This document shows positions 1 through 10,714 of a stretch of 64,000 nucleotides of DNA, piece after piece. The notes below the pieces were generated by a model. It worked only from the letters and a program-made list of their open reading frames with translations, made no database searches and was not told where the DNA came from. The translations under genes were made by a program, and so were the position numbers. Source of the DNA: Octopus sinensis (Eukaryota); contig NC_043026.1 of the NCBI RefSeq assembly GCF_006345805.1, positions 10,788,001-10,852,000 of the forward strand, given 5' to 3'. Position 1 is the stretch's first letter. Every line of letters begins with the position of its first letter.

Positions 1-662
1 TCTCTATCTACTTCTGTTTATATTTCTCTCTCTCTCCCCTTGTTTCCTTCCCTCTCTCTCTCTCTTCCTCCTTTCTCCTTTTACTTCTTTCAATTATACA
101 TCATCTCCCGTGTTAAATATTCTCTTTCCCCTCTCCATCTTTCTCTCCACCTCTGCCTGCAACTATTGAACCACATAATACCATAATAGCCATCCTTCCC
201 CCCCCCAGCTCTCACCGCTTACCACCTCTCTCACTTTCTCCCCCTCTTTTTCTTTCTCCTCTTTCTCCCTTCAATCTAATACTTAGATGCTTTTATTAAA
301 TTCATTCAGTTGGTAAATATAAATAAATCTTGGAATAATGGTTTTGATTTACTGCCGGGTGACTTTTGGCCAACCTTATATATATATTCCAACATTATCA
401 GTTATCATTATCATTGTTTAAATGTCTATTTTCCATTCTGGCATGAGTTGGACAGCTTGATAAGAACTGACAATGCACAGAACTGCACTCTACTCCAATG
501 TCTGCTTTGGTAAGGATTCTTCAGACAGAATCCCTTCTTCACACCAACCACTTTACAAAGTATACTGGGTGTTATTTTTCCTGACCCCTAAGAATTATGA
601 AATGATAAATGCAAAATCTTAAACAATGAAGAGTTTATTTATCTTGAGAACAAGAAGGAATT

Positions 663-1042
663 GGCATGGCTGGGTAGTTAAATCATCTAGCACTGAACCT
701 GACGACACATGTTGGGAAGCATGTGTCTCCTTACACGGCACCTTTGTCAAGATTCTTCTACTATAGCTCGAACCTTGTGAGTGGATTTGGTAGATGGAAA
801 CTAAAAGAAGCCTGTCGTATATATATATATATATGTGTTTGTGTTTGTTTCCCTGTCACCATTTAACAACTGGTGTTAGTGTGTTTATATCCCCGTACCT
901 AGCGGTTCCTCAAAGAGATCAATAGAACAAGTACTAGGCTTATAAAGAATATGTCCTGGGGTCGATTTCTTCGACTGAAAACCCTTTAAGGCAATGCTCC
1001 AGCATGGCTGCAATCAAATGACTGAAGCGTGTCAAAGAATAA
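663..1042 (+). mobile_element. SINE family 1, diverged copy
   Basis: Matches the body and 3' end of better copies (gtgagtggatttggtagatggaaactaaaagaagcc...ctccagcatggctgcaatcaaatgactgaa). Confidence 0.8.
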
Positions 1043-1994
1043 TAGCACTCCGTGGAAATTACACATATTTTGAGAATTATATTATTTTCTAAACCATTGA
1101 AACCTTGAGATGATGTAAAAGTCCATATAAATACTATTAAATAAGAAATCTCCAGAAAAATCGATGAAAGTTATAGTCTTACCTCTTCTCTTCTGTGAGC
1201 TGTCTGCTATTTTTCACTTTACGTTAAGAAGTAAAACAGCAAAATCAAAAACCATATTTATATTATTATTCTGCTTCATTGCATTCGTAAAGTCTTTAAC
1301 AAATCTTAGTATGGTGTATTTGGAAAAGAAACTCGAAAAACCCCGTGTCCTAAAGCTTCTCATACTTACTCTTGTTGGTTTTACATCTTGTCTTGGCCAT
1401 AGTTTACAAGTTTTCTCTGAGCAGACGACACTTAATTTACTAATGCGCATGCGTGGCTTGAGCTGCGTTTTTAAATCAAAAATAAAACAAAAAATACACA
1501 AACGCTTTTCGTGTTTCTTTCATAAAACACATTTTCTCTCTCTGTCTCTCTCTCTCTCTCTCTCCCTCTGTCACCTTCACTCCTTTCTATCTATCACTCT
1601 TTCCATGTCTTTCTCTCGCTTTTCTTGTTTCCCTCCCTATCTCTTTCTCTCATTCTCCCATTTATTCTCACTCCCACCCCTTTCTCATTTTCCTTCTTTC
1701 AACTATACGGCATCTACTCTCTGATAAATATTCCCCTCTTTCTCTCTAGCTTCCTCTGTCTCACCCTCTCTTTTTATCCTCCTCCCTCTCTTTCTCATTT
1801 TCTCTCATTCTTTCTCTGTCCTTTCTCTTTTGCTTCTTTCAACTTTAACGCATCTCACCTGTGTTAAATATTCTCTTTCCCTTCTTTCTCTCTTTCCTTG
1901 TACCTTTTCCTGTAACTATCTAACCGCATACCATAATAGCAATCCTTAGCTATCATCGATGACCACCTCTCTCTCACTTTCTCACAATGCCCCA

Positions 1995-2340
1995 AGGTGA
2001 CTGAACTCTGGGCTTATGTCGAACACCTGCTGTCGCATTCGAGAAGAGTACAACTGTCGAGCGAATCTGTAATTAAGATCGTTCCGCCGACCTCCCTGAA
2101 TAGGGAGGAGCGAACCTGTTTTCTCTCGGTAGTTGCTGTGGCGAAAGAGGTAGAATGGAAGACGAGAGTGAAAGGAATTGCAACAGGCATGTTCATCTCC
2201 AGTCTCGAGCTAATCGACTTTTTCGTTTTCCACATGAAACGGAAAATAAAGCCTGTCGCAAAGTGTGTTTCGTAAAAGATGGAAGTATATAGCAAGCATG
2301 TTGCGAGTGAAAGAACCTGTTTAAACGAGAATGTAAAAAA
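1995..2340 (+). mobile_element. Possible L1/Tx1-clade LINE ORF2 C-terminal fragment
   Basis: ORF 1997-2275 (ELWAYVEHLLS...FLSVVAVAKEVEWKTR...LIDFFVFHMKRKIK) resembles Tx1-type ORF2 C-termini. Recognised by eye only. Confidence 0.45.
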
Positions 2341-3210
2341 GGAGAAAGCAAAGTCTTCAGTGTGAGTTTGTGGTTTGTGGGGTCGACCGTTTCCTCCGCT
2401 TCATTTTTTGTTAATCACTCATTCTCATTTAATTGTTTGTTTATTCATACGTTTCGTCTCATTCGATACCCTGACCCCCAACGTTTGTTTTGTCTGTCCC
2501 CATATAGTCCCCTCTTTTTCTCAACCTTTTTGTTAATAAAGAAATATTCTCTCACTCTTTTTCTCTCTCATCATTTTATTTCCACTTTCTCCCTTCAACT
2601 AACAACAACGTCACACATTTTTCCTTATCTTATTAACATAAAGATACATATACAGGATATTTACCTTTTGACCGGCAGATTTAGAAAATAATTTTTTCTA
2701 ACTAATCACTTTCAAACTTCGTATACTGGTAGAATGTGTCATATAAAACATCTTTTACTCTTAAGATATATATATACATGCATACATACACGACGGGCTT
2801 CTTTCAGTTTCCGTCTACCAAATCCTCATACGGCCCGAGACTATATTTCGTGGTGGTGTATATATGTGTGTGTGTGCTTATATGCATTTATATGTACAAG
2901 TTATACATATAATCATATACCTGGATAGACATACGTATGTGTGTGTGCACACACAAAAATACATTATGAGGGTGATATTTTTAACCGAGACGTAACAATC
3001 GTATCTGATTCTTCAAGTGCTTCAATTCTTCGCATGTACATGTATTTACTAGATTGCTGACATTTATTAATGCCTTTCCCCATTGTGCTGATGTGTCTTT
3101 TCTATTATTAATAAAGCTGTCGGCATTTTTGCCAACACCCGTATGCTATTAATATTAGGAATAATGTATAACTGTATGTATTTTTGAGAATATTGAAGCA
3201 TATTGGTGAG

Positions 3211-3932
3211 TTTTAACATAGGTCACTGATTACTTTGAAACAAGGGGAATAATTCTCTCTACCTTAACCACAAAATTTTGAAGGAGTGGACTTGTCGCTT
3301 AGCATTTTGCTCTTCACACTAACGATTCTGTCAGCTCGCTGTCTCAATAAGCGGAATAGTGGATCGACGACACGACCTACTGGCTGTGTTTCTAATTAGT
3401 TCAATTAATCTAATTATTTCAATGTTTGTGAATGAGATAGGACCACCTACATATTCCAGGGTCGGTGTTCCATCACATTCAGGATTAAATATTTCATTTC
3501 ATCACAACTTACATTGTTAATCGGTTGTTCCCGGTTTTACAACCAGGGGTAAATAGCTTTTAATTAACAACAAATCAATCAATGAACGTTCCTCAGCCTT
3601 CTTCACTTTTCATTTGGACTTTATAGCAAACATTCTATTGGTAAATAGAAAATGTATCTACATTACCTCTGTTCCACATAAACAAAGGTCTGTGATATCT
3701 AAGACAAGAAATTGAACCGTAAGAGGTTAACTCGCAGACATTTCTCAACTGTTGTAGAAGAATTTCAATCTCATAAGAACACTTGTTACCAATTGTATAT
3801 GGATGCTTTACATTTTATGCACTATAGAACATCATTAAATTATAATTTAGTCTGCAAGAAACATTCTAGCAGTAAATAGAAAATGTATCTACTTTGGAAA
3901 CGTCTCCACATGTAAACAGACGTTTGCGAGCA
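3211..3932 (+). pseudogene. Orphan, decayed copy of the ZNF 5' module (promoter and UTR exons) with no ZNF ORF behind it
   Basis: Colinear with 4800-5220 and 41455-41900, then with 58200-58350. It ends at a mariner fragment. Confidence 0.75.
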
Positions 3933-4190
3933 ATGTGCACCAAAGAATAACAAAGAGCAGTGGTCCAATTTCTCTGGCTGGAAGATGTGTCAGGTGCTGA
4001 AATTCATCAGAGGCTTTTGGCACAATATGGGTACAGTGCACTACCGTGTAAAATTGTGCATGAGTAGATCGAGAAGTTTAAAAGGGGCCAGACAAGCATG
4101 ATGCACAAAGAGGGAGCAGGACACCTATCAACTTCCACCAGTGACGGGAAGATTCAGCAAGCTTGAGAGATGGTAATGGTGAAGCGGTTC
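3933..4190 (+). mobile_element. Mariner transposase N-terminal (HTH) fragment, decayed
   Basis: Translates as CTKE*QRAVVQFLWLEDVSGAEIHQRLLAQYG...KFKRGQTS, with stops. Confidence 0.75.
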
Positions 4191-4799
4191 ACCATTACCA
4201 TCTCTTGGATCACTGCTTCTTTATTCTTCTTTGGTACACATTGCTAGTGGAGCAGCCATGCTCATACAGTAAGGCAAGGAAGAAAAGTGACGCCATCAGC
4301 CTGAAATTTCGATCCCGCGACCGTCGGAAGTTTTTAAATGCATGGATGCAACTAGCAGTGACATGAAAGCCACAATGTGATCACTCTGTATGCTAAAAAT
4401 AACAGCCAAATCTCTAATAAATACATTTTTTTTTAAATTTGAAAATTTTAAATCACACCACAATAACGACGCCCATCCCTTAAAAATAAAATATTAAAAA
4501 ACAATGTATCAGCTCAGTTCCCGTTTATTTCTACCGAAATCTAGGTTGAATTTATTTTTCCTGTTATTAACAAAACGTAGTACGATTTGAGAGTGATTTA
4601 GCTATTATTTCACCAGGTCTGCCGTTGTTGATGCATATTTATTATTTATAATACTGATTATTATGCCAGTTGGTGGGGCTTTTGGTTGTTGTCTTGTGGG
4701 GGGGGGGGTTGTGGTGGAACGTTTGCTATTGACTGACGATATTAAATAAGCAAATTACTATAATTGAACGTTTCTGAGTGTATAAATAATGTCGGAGAC

Positions 4800-5152
4800 T
4801 TTTAACATACGTCACCGGTAATATTGAAACAAGTGGAATAATTATTAACGACACCGCTTATTTTGTGTGTTTCCAATTAACTGGACTAATCTAATTATAT
4901 GACACATTGTAATTAGCTCATGTTAAAGTGAATGTTTGTTTGTGCATAAGACAGGGTGACCTACGTGTTTCAGGGTCGGTGATCCATGACCTTCGTTAAA
5001 TATTTCATTTCATCGCAGCTTAAATCGTTAATTGGTTGTTCCCTATTTTTCAGAGGAAATGGCTTTTACTCAACAACAAATCAATCATTGAACTTTCCTC
5101 ACCTTTCTTCATTTGTCATTTCGACTTTATATCAAACATTCTACTGGTGAGT
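4800..5152 (+). promoter_or_regulatory. Z1 5' module type A: promoter core, UTR exon 5054-5146, donor GTGAGT at 5147
   Basis: acgtcaccggta and aacgacaccgc motifs, acceptor-like ccctatttttcag and donor ctg|gtgagt are shared with Z5 and Z6. Splice use is inferred. Confidence 0.6.
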
Positions 5153-5224
5153 AGAAAATATATCTATATTACATCTGTTTCACACGTATAAACGGAGGAC
5201 TGTGATATCTTAAGACAATAAACT

Positions 5225-5509
5225 AAAGTCAGAAAACAGCTCCCAAGACTTTAGGAAACATTTTTTCACGCTGAGAGTTGCTGAAGCATGGAACAAACTG
5301 CCGGCATCAGTTGTTAGTTGTCGGAGCACTGCATCCTTCAAAACTTCCATGCTTTCTGAGATTCGCCACCCATACACACACAAGCATGTATCTGACTCAT
5401 ACATTGTTCGCTTTCCAGACATTTGTACATTACTGCATATACTTTATACGCACTTTCTGACAAGTTGTGGTGCACCTGAGCACTGTATACAATAATTTCA
5501 TTATTATTT
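5225..5509 (+). mobile_element. CR1/L2-type LINE 3' end inside the inferred Z1 5' UTR intron
   Basis: Encodes FRKHFFTLRVAEAWNKLPASVVSC and ends in an (att)n tail. A second copy lies at 16263-16712. Confidence 0.8.
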
Positions 5510-5569
5510 AAACCATAATTAACCCACAGGCATTTGTCAGTTTTTTCAAAGAATTTCTCAAGGATTAAT

Positions 5570-6646
5570 ATGGAGAACAGTAATCACTTGGATACTTCTA
5601 AGACGAAACACAAAAAAATACATAACTGTGATATATGTGACAAATCTTTTGCTTCAAACAGTGTTTTAAGAATTCATACAAGAATCCACACGGGAGAGAA
5701 ACCGTTTCACTGTGACATCTGTGGGAAATCTTTTGTTAATAATTCTCATCTTGTAGTTCACAAACGTAGTCATACGGGAGAGAAACCCTACAATTGTGAA
5801 ATATGTGGAAAATATTTTGTCAATAATAGTGATTTGACAAAACATAAACGAATCCACACAGGGGAGAAACCCTACCATTGTGAAATCTGTGGGAAAAAAT
5901 TTGTGCATAGCAGTGTCTTGACCACACACAAGCGGATCCATACGGGGGAAAAACCTTGTCGTTGTGATGTGTGCGGCAAGTCTTTCACACGAACTTCTCG
6001 TCTTGTTATTCATAATCGTATTCACACTGGAGAAAAACCTTATCACTGTGAAATATGTGGCAAGTCTTTTTCCGATAATTCCAATCTTGTTATCCACATT
6101 CGTAGTCACACCGGGGAAAAGCCGTTCCACTGTGGGACTTGTGGGAAATCGTTTATTACTAACAGTGATTTAAACAGACACAAGCGAATTCACACGGGAG
6201 AGAAACCGTTTCATTGCGAGATCTGCGGCAAGTCTTTTCTCTCGAACAGTGACTTAATAAAGCATAAACGAATTCACACGGGAGAGAAACCGTTTCCGTG
6301 TGAAATGTGTGGTAAATATTTTGTAAACAATTCTTGTCTTGCTGTTCACAAACGGATACATACGGGAGAAAGAACTTACCATTGTGAAATATGCGGAAAA
6401 TCTTTTGTGTCTAATAGTGATTTGACTAAACATAAACGAATCCATACGGGAGAGAAACCCTACCATTGTGAGATATGTGGGAAGTGTTTCTCTGTCAATT
6501 CCAGTCTAATAGTTCACAAGCGTAGTCACACTGGAGAAAGACCATATCATTGTGAACTATGTGAGAAATCTTTTATCACTAATGCTCTCTTAAAAACACA
6601 CCAACTGACACATATTGGAGGGAAACCCTTTAACTGTGAAATGTGA
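5570..6646 (+). CDS. Z1: C2H2 zinc-finger protein, 358 aa, 12 fingers plus a truncated 13th (CEM*)
   Basis: Uninterrupted CxxC-12-HxxxH repeats with TGEKP linkers. ATG 5570 (aatATGG) aligns with paralog starts; the track start at 5534 is TTG. Confidence 0.93.
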   Translation: MENSNHLDTSKTKHKKIHNCDICDKSFASNSVLRIHTRIHTGEKPFHCDICGKSFVNNSHLVVHKRSHTGEKPYNCEICGKYFVNNSDLTKHKRIHTGEKPYHCEICGKKFVHSSVLTTHKRIHTGEKPCRCDVCGKSFTRTSRLVIHNRIHTGEKPYHCEICGKSFSDNSNLVIHIRSHTGEKPFHCGTCGKSFITNSDLNRHKRIHTGEKPFHCEICGKSFLSNSDLIKHKRIHTGEKPFPCEMCGKYFVNNSCLAVHKRIHTGERTYHCEICGKSFVSNSDLTKHKRIHTGEKPYHCEICGKCFSVNSSLIVHKRSHTGERPYHCELCEKSFITNALLKTHQLTHIGGKPFNCEM

Positions 6647-6700
6647 AAAAAAAAACCTTTTTATTGAAATACAAACTCTTTATCTGCTAACATGTACATC

Positions 6701-7605
6701 TTATTTCTTTATTGCCCACAATGGGCTAAACATGGGGACAAACAAGGAAAGACGAAGGGATTAAGTCTTATTTCTTTATTGCCCACAAGGGGCTAAACAT
6801 AGAGGGGACAAACAAGGACAGACAAAGGGATTAAGTCTTATTTCTTTATTACCCACAAAGGGCTAAACATAGAGGGGACAAACAAGGACAGACGAAGGGA
6901 TTAAGTCTTATTTCTTTATTACCCACAAGGGGCTAAACATAGAGGGGACAAACAAGGACAGACGAAGGGATTAAGTCTTATTTCTTTATTGCCCACAAGG
7001 GGCTAAACATAGAGGGGACAAACAAGGACAGACAAAGGGATTAAGTCTTATTTCTTTATTACCCACAAAGGGCTAACATAGAGGGGACAAACAAGGACAG
7101 ACGAAGGGATTAAGTCTTATTCTTTATTACCCACAAGGGGCTAAACATAGAGGGGACAAACAAGGACAGACAAAGGGATTAAGTCTTATTTCTTTATTAC
7201 CCACAAAGGGCTAAACATAGAGGGGACAAACAAGGACAGACGAAGGGATTAAGTCTTATTTCTTTATTGCCCACAAGGGGCTAAACATAGAGGGGACAAA
7301 CAAGGACAGACAAAGGGATTAAGTCTTATTTCTTTATTACCCACAAAGGGCTAAACATAGAGGGGACAAACAAGGACAGACGAAGGGATTAAGTCTTATT
7401 TCTTTATTACCCACAAAGGGCTAAACATAGAGGGGACAAACAAGGACAGACAAAGGGATTAAGTCTTATTTCTTTATTACCCACAAAGGGCTAAACATAG
7501 AGGGGACAAACAAGGACAGACGAAGGGATTAAGTCTTATTTCTTTATTACCCACAAGGGGCTAAACATAGAGGGGACAAACAAGGACAGACAAAGGGATT
7601 AAGTC
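6701..7605 (-). repeat. Tandem array of 13 ~70-bp units, each the 3' tail of SINE family 2
   Basis: Unit ttatttctttatt(g/a)cccacaa(g/a)gggctaaacatagaggggacaaacaaggacagac(a/g)aagggattaagtc runs directly into the SINE body at 7606. Confidence 0.95.
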
Positions 7606-7758
7606 GATTACATCGACCCCAGTGCGCAGCTGGTTCTTAATTTATCGACCCCGAAAGGATGAAAGGCAAAGTCGACCTCGGCGGAATTTGAACTCAGAAC
7701 GTAACGGCTACGCATTTCGCCCGCCGGCGTGCTAACGTTTCTGCCAGCTCACCGCCTT
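7536..7758 (-). mobile_element. SINE family 2 (tRNA-derived)
   Basis: Reverse complement of the copy at 11764-11994. TSD taacatgtaca at 6688-6698 and 7760-7770. Confidence 0.9.
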
Positions 7759-7986
7759 ATAACATGTACAACATCTATCAATGGTGTGAGTCACAACTTG
7801 TCGTTATTACTGAATGTCTGCTTTCCATGCTGGTATGGGTTGGACAGTGTGACAGGATCTAAGTGAGCTGCAGGCATATGTTATCTGCATTGTGCTCCAT
7901 GTAAGCATTAGGAAGGGTAGCCAGCTGTAAAAACCATGCCAAAGCAAGCAGGGGAGCTTGGCACAGCTTATTAGTTCATGTCAAAA

Positions 7987-8200
7987 GGCCGCGAGCTGGC
8001 AGAATCGTTAGCATGCCGGGCGAAATGCTTAGTGGTATTTCGTCTGCCACCACGTTCTGAGTTCAAATTCCGCCAAGGTCAACTTTGCCTTTCGTCCATT
8101 TGGGGTCGATAAATTAAGTACCAGTTGTATACTGGGGTTAATCTAATCGACTGTCTCCTCCCCTCCAAATTTTAGGCCTTGTGCCTATAATAGAAAGGAT
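7987..8200 (+). mobile_element. SINE family 2, alternative 3' end variant
   Basis: gagctggcagaatcgttagc...gagttcaaattcc...ttaggccttgtgcctataatagaaaggatt. The same variant occurs at 29170-29390 and 33146-33365. Confidence 0.85.
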
Positions 8201-9745
8201 TAGTTCGTGTCAAACCATTCAGCTGATGCTGCTATGGAAAAAGGGTCCTTCGATGATCATTGTCATCATCAAATGAGCATCTTCCATGCTGGCAAGGGTT
8301 GGATAATTTGACAATCCAGTGAGTCCAAGGATTGCATCATGCTCCAATTTCAGCTTTGATATGGTTTCTACGACTGGATGCCCTTCCTAATGCCAACCAC
8401 TTTGTAGAGTATGTAGTGGGAACTTTTGTTTCTTTTCATACTACCAGCGCTTGTGAGGTCGCCAAGTAACAGGAAAAGAACAAAGTGTGGCGGCGGGTGT
8501 GAGATAGGGGTGCTTTATGTCAGTTGTTGACAGGCTTAATTAGGATAGAGGGACAAGCACAGGTGTTGTGCTTTAGGGCAGATACATGGCTATTCCACAT
8601 TATACGAGGATAGGTGATGGTAACTGAGAAAGAGATAATAATGGTGTATGTGAGCAAACTTTCTAGGTCAAGCTCTGTGAATTCTTGTCTACAAATGTTC
8701 TTTTGCTCAAAAAAAAAATCATTTACTCCATTCACCTCTACTACCACCACCACCTCCTTTTTATCCATCTGTCACTCTCCCCTCACACTTACCCACGACC
8801 CACCCACCCTTCCTGATCCTCTGTCCCTATCCTCTCTTTTCTACTTACCTTGCTGTACTTTAAGGGTATGCTCTGACATCTCATCACCATCTTTTTCTTT
8901 TCTCACTCACCCTTGTATAATGTGTGGGATAGCCAGATCCCCCCTCTGCAGCCAGAAACCTGAGCGCTGTCCTTCAGTGTTCAGATTTCTTTGTCAAATG
9001 TAAAAAAGCAAATTTCTCACCACACAGCTGCCACCCCTGCACATAAATGGACATGAATTTCAAGAAATAGCTTCTTTTTTTCTTTTTTCTTTGTTTTGAT
9101 TACATGGAAATTTATATTATTTATTCTTGAAATTCTTAACTCCTTCCCAAAAAAATTGCACTTCATATTCAAAACTTGAAACTATAAGGAGATACCCTGG
9201 CACTCAACTATGAATCCACTGCATCCTATAGCAGAAACAGCTATAAGCTAGTGAAGTTCATAAGATAATTTTTTTCCTTTGTCATCTCTCTTTTGTGTTT
9301 TTGTTCCTTAAGACTTAAGGATCGTCATCATCGTTTTTTGGTAAAAAAAATTTTTTTTCAATAAAAGTTGAAAATGTTTACAATGTAAAGGTGTTATTTA
9401 AGGGAGATTTGGCTGTTGTTTCTAGCACACCCCACGAACACTTTCCTTATTTGTCTGTTACTCCCATAAATAACCCAAAATTTATTTTCATAAAAAGGTG
9501 CCTCCCATCATTTCAAAGACTGTGGTGAAAAACAACTTGGAAAAATCCCTGTAAAATTGGAAAAGATCCAACATACATGGGTGTCCTGATTTGAAACTCC
9601 ACCAAGAGGTAGAATGAAAGTTTACAGGACGTCACACACACACACACACACACACAAATGTACACATACTCAGGTAATTATGAGTTTAAGATAGTGTCTT
9701 CTAAAGCCATTCAATGTTGACAATATGTAAATTGAGTTATTTGTC

Positions 9746-10130
9746 GTCATCATCATCATCATTTAGTGTCCGCTTTCCATGCTAGCATGGGTTGGACGGT
9801 TCAACTGGGGTCTGTGAAGCCAGAAGGCTGCATCAGGCCCAGTCTGATCTGGCAGTGTTTCTACGGCTGGATGCCCTTCCTAACGCCAACCACTCCGTGA
9901 GTGTAGTGGGTGCTTTTTACGTGCCACCCGGAGCTGGCAAACGGCCACGGACGGATGGTGCTTTTTACGTGCCACCGGCACGGGGCCAGGCGAGGCTGGC
10001 AAACAGCCACGGACGGATGGTGCTTTTTACGTGCCACCGGCACGGGGCCAGGCGAGGCTGGCAAACAGCCACGGACGGATGGTGCTTTTTACGTTCCACC
10101 GGCACGGGGGCCAGTCGGAGCGGCGCTGGC
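9746..10130 (-). mobile_element. RTE LINE 3' UTR copy with (gat)n tail and an internal ~59-bp repeat (4 units)
   Basis: Same sequence as the 3' end of the ORF2-bearing RTE at 22191-23737. Confidence 0.85.
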
Positions 10131-10267
10131 AATTAAATTTATATATAACCTTGAGACACAAATCTCAAAAACCAAATCTGTTTTTTCTCGAAGATGCACC
10201 ATTTCAGAGCTTTTCCATCATATACATACATACACACACTCATTTATATAGTAGACGTGTGTGTGTG

Positions 10268-10698
10268 TATGAGAGGGTACTGAATAGTTCCTCACTTTGA
10301 GTAAAAGAAAATAGAGGAGGATTAGTTAATTAGGCGCGGACATGGCTGTGTGGTTAGGGAGCTTGCTTCCTGGCTACATGGTTTCAGGTTCAGTCCCACT
10401 GCGTGGCACTTTGGCCAGGTGTCTTCCGCTATAGCCCTGAGTCGACCAAAGCTTTGTGATTGAATTTGGTAGGTGGAGGTTACTGCCGTGTGTGTATGTG
10501 TGCGTGTAGGTGCTCAGTGCCTCTCCGAAAGAGAGAGAAAGGGGATTTTATTCAACGTATTCCCCCTCTCAGATTCAAACACTTATTGCAGTGATCCTTC
10601 GGTTTTTCTCAGCTCTGTCAAGGAACTAAGAATGTTGGGCCTCCAAGCAGGCCTTTTACGAGACCCTTAAAACCAGGAACTTTACAGCACCCCTGATA
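10268..10698. mobile_element. Mariner-derived MITE interrupted by a partial family-1 SINE (10332-10530)
   Basis: TIR-like ends (tatgagagggtactgaatagttcc ... ggaactttacagcacccctg). The interior matches the MITE at 37401-37621. Confidence 0.65.
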
Positions 10699-10714
10699 AA
10701 TACACACACTCACA

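Noticed and set aside
1164-1724. 186-aa ORF
   Set aside because: Runs into a CT microsatellite, is low complexity (L/S/F-rich) and has no recognisable domain.
5534-5569. Longer N-termini for Z1, Z7 and Z8 given by the ORF track
   Set aside because: They start at TTG, and in Z1 this falls within the inferred intron. Paralog alignment points to the ATG of MEN.
5666-6466. Antisense and off-frame ORFs over the ZNF genes (also 17256-17630, 30930-31185, 58927-59451)
   Set aside because: Shadow frames produced by the 84-bp periodic finger code; no independent protein signal.
6701-7605. Regular repeat array resembling CRISPR
   Set aside because: Units are head-to-tail with no unique spacers, there are no cas genes, and the unit is a SINE tail in animal DNA.
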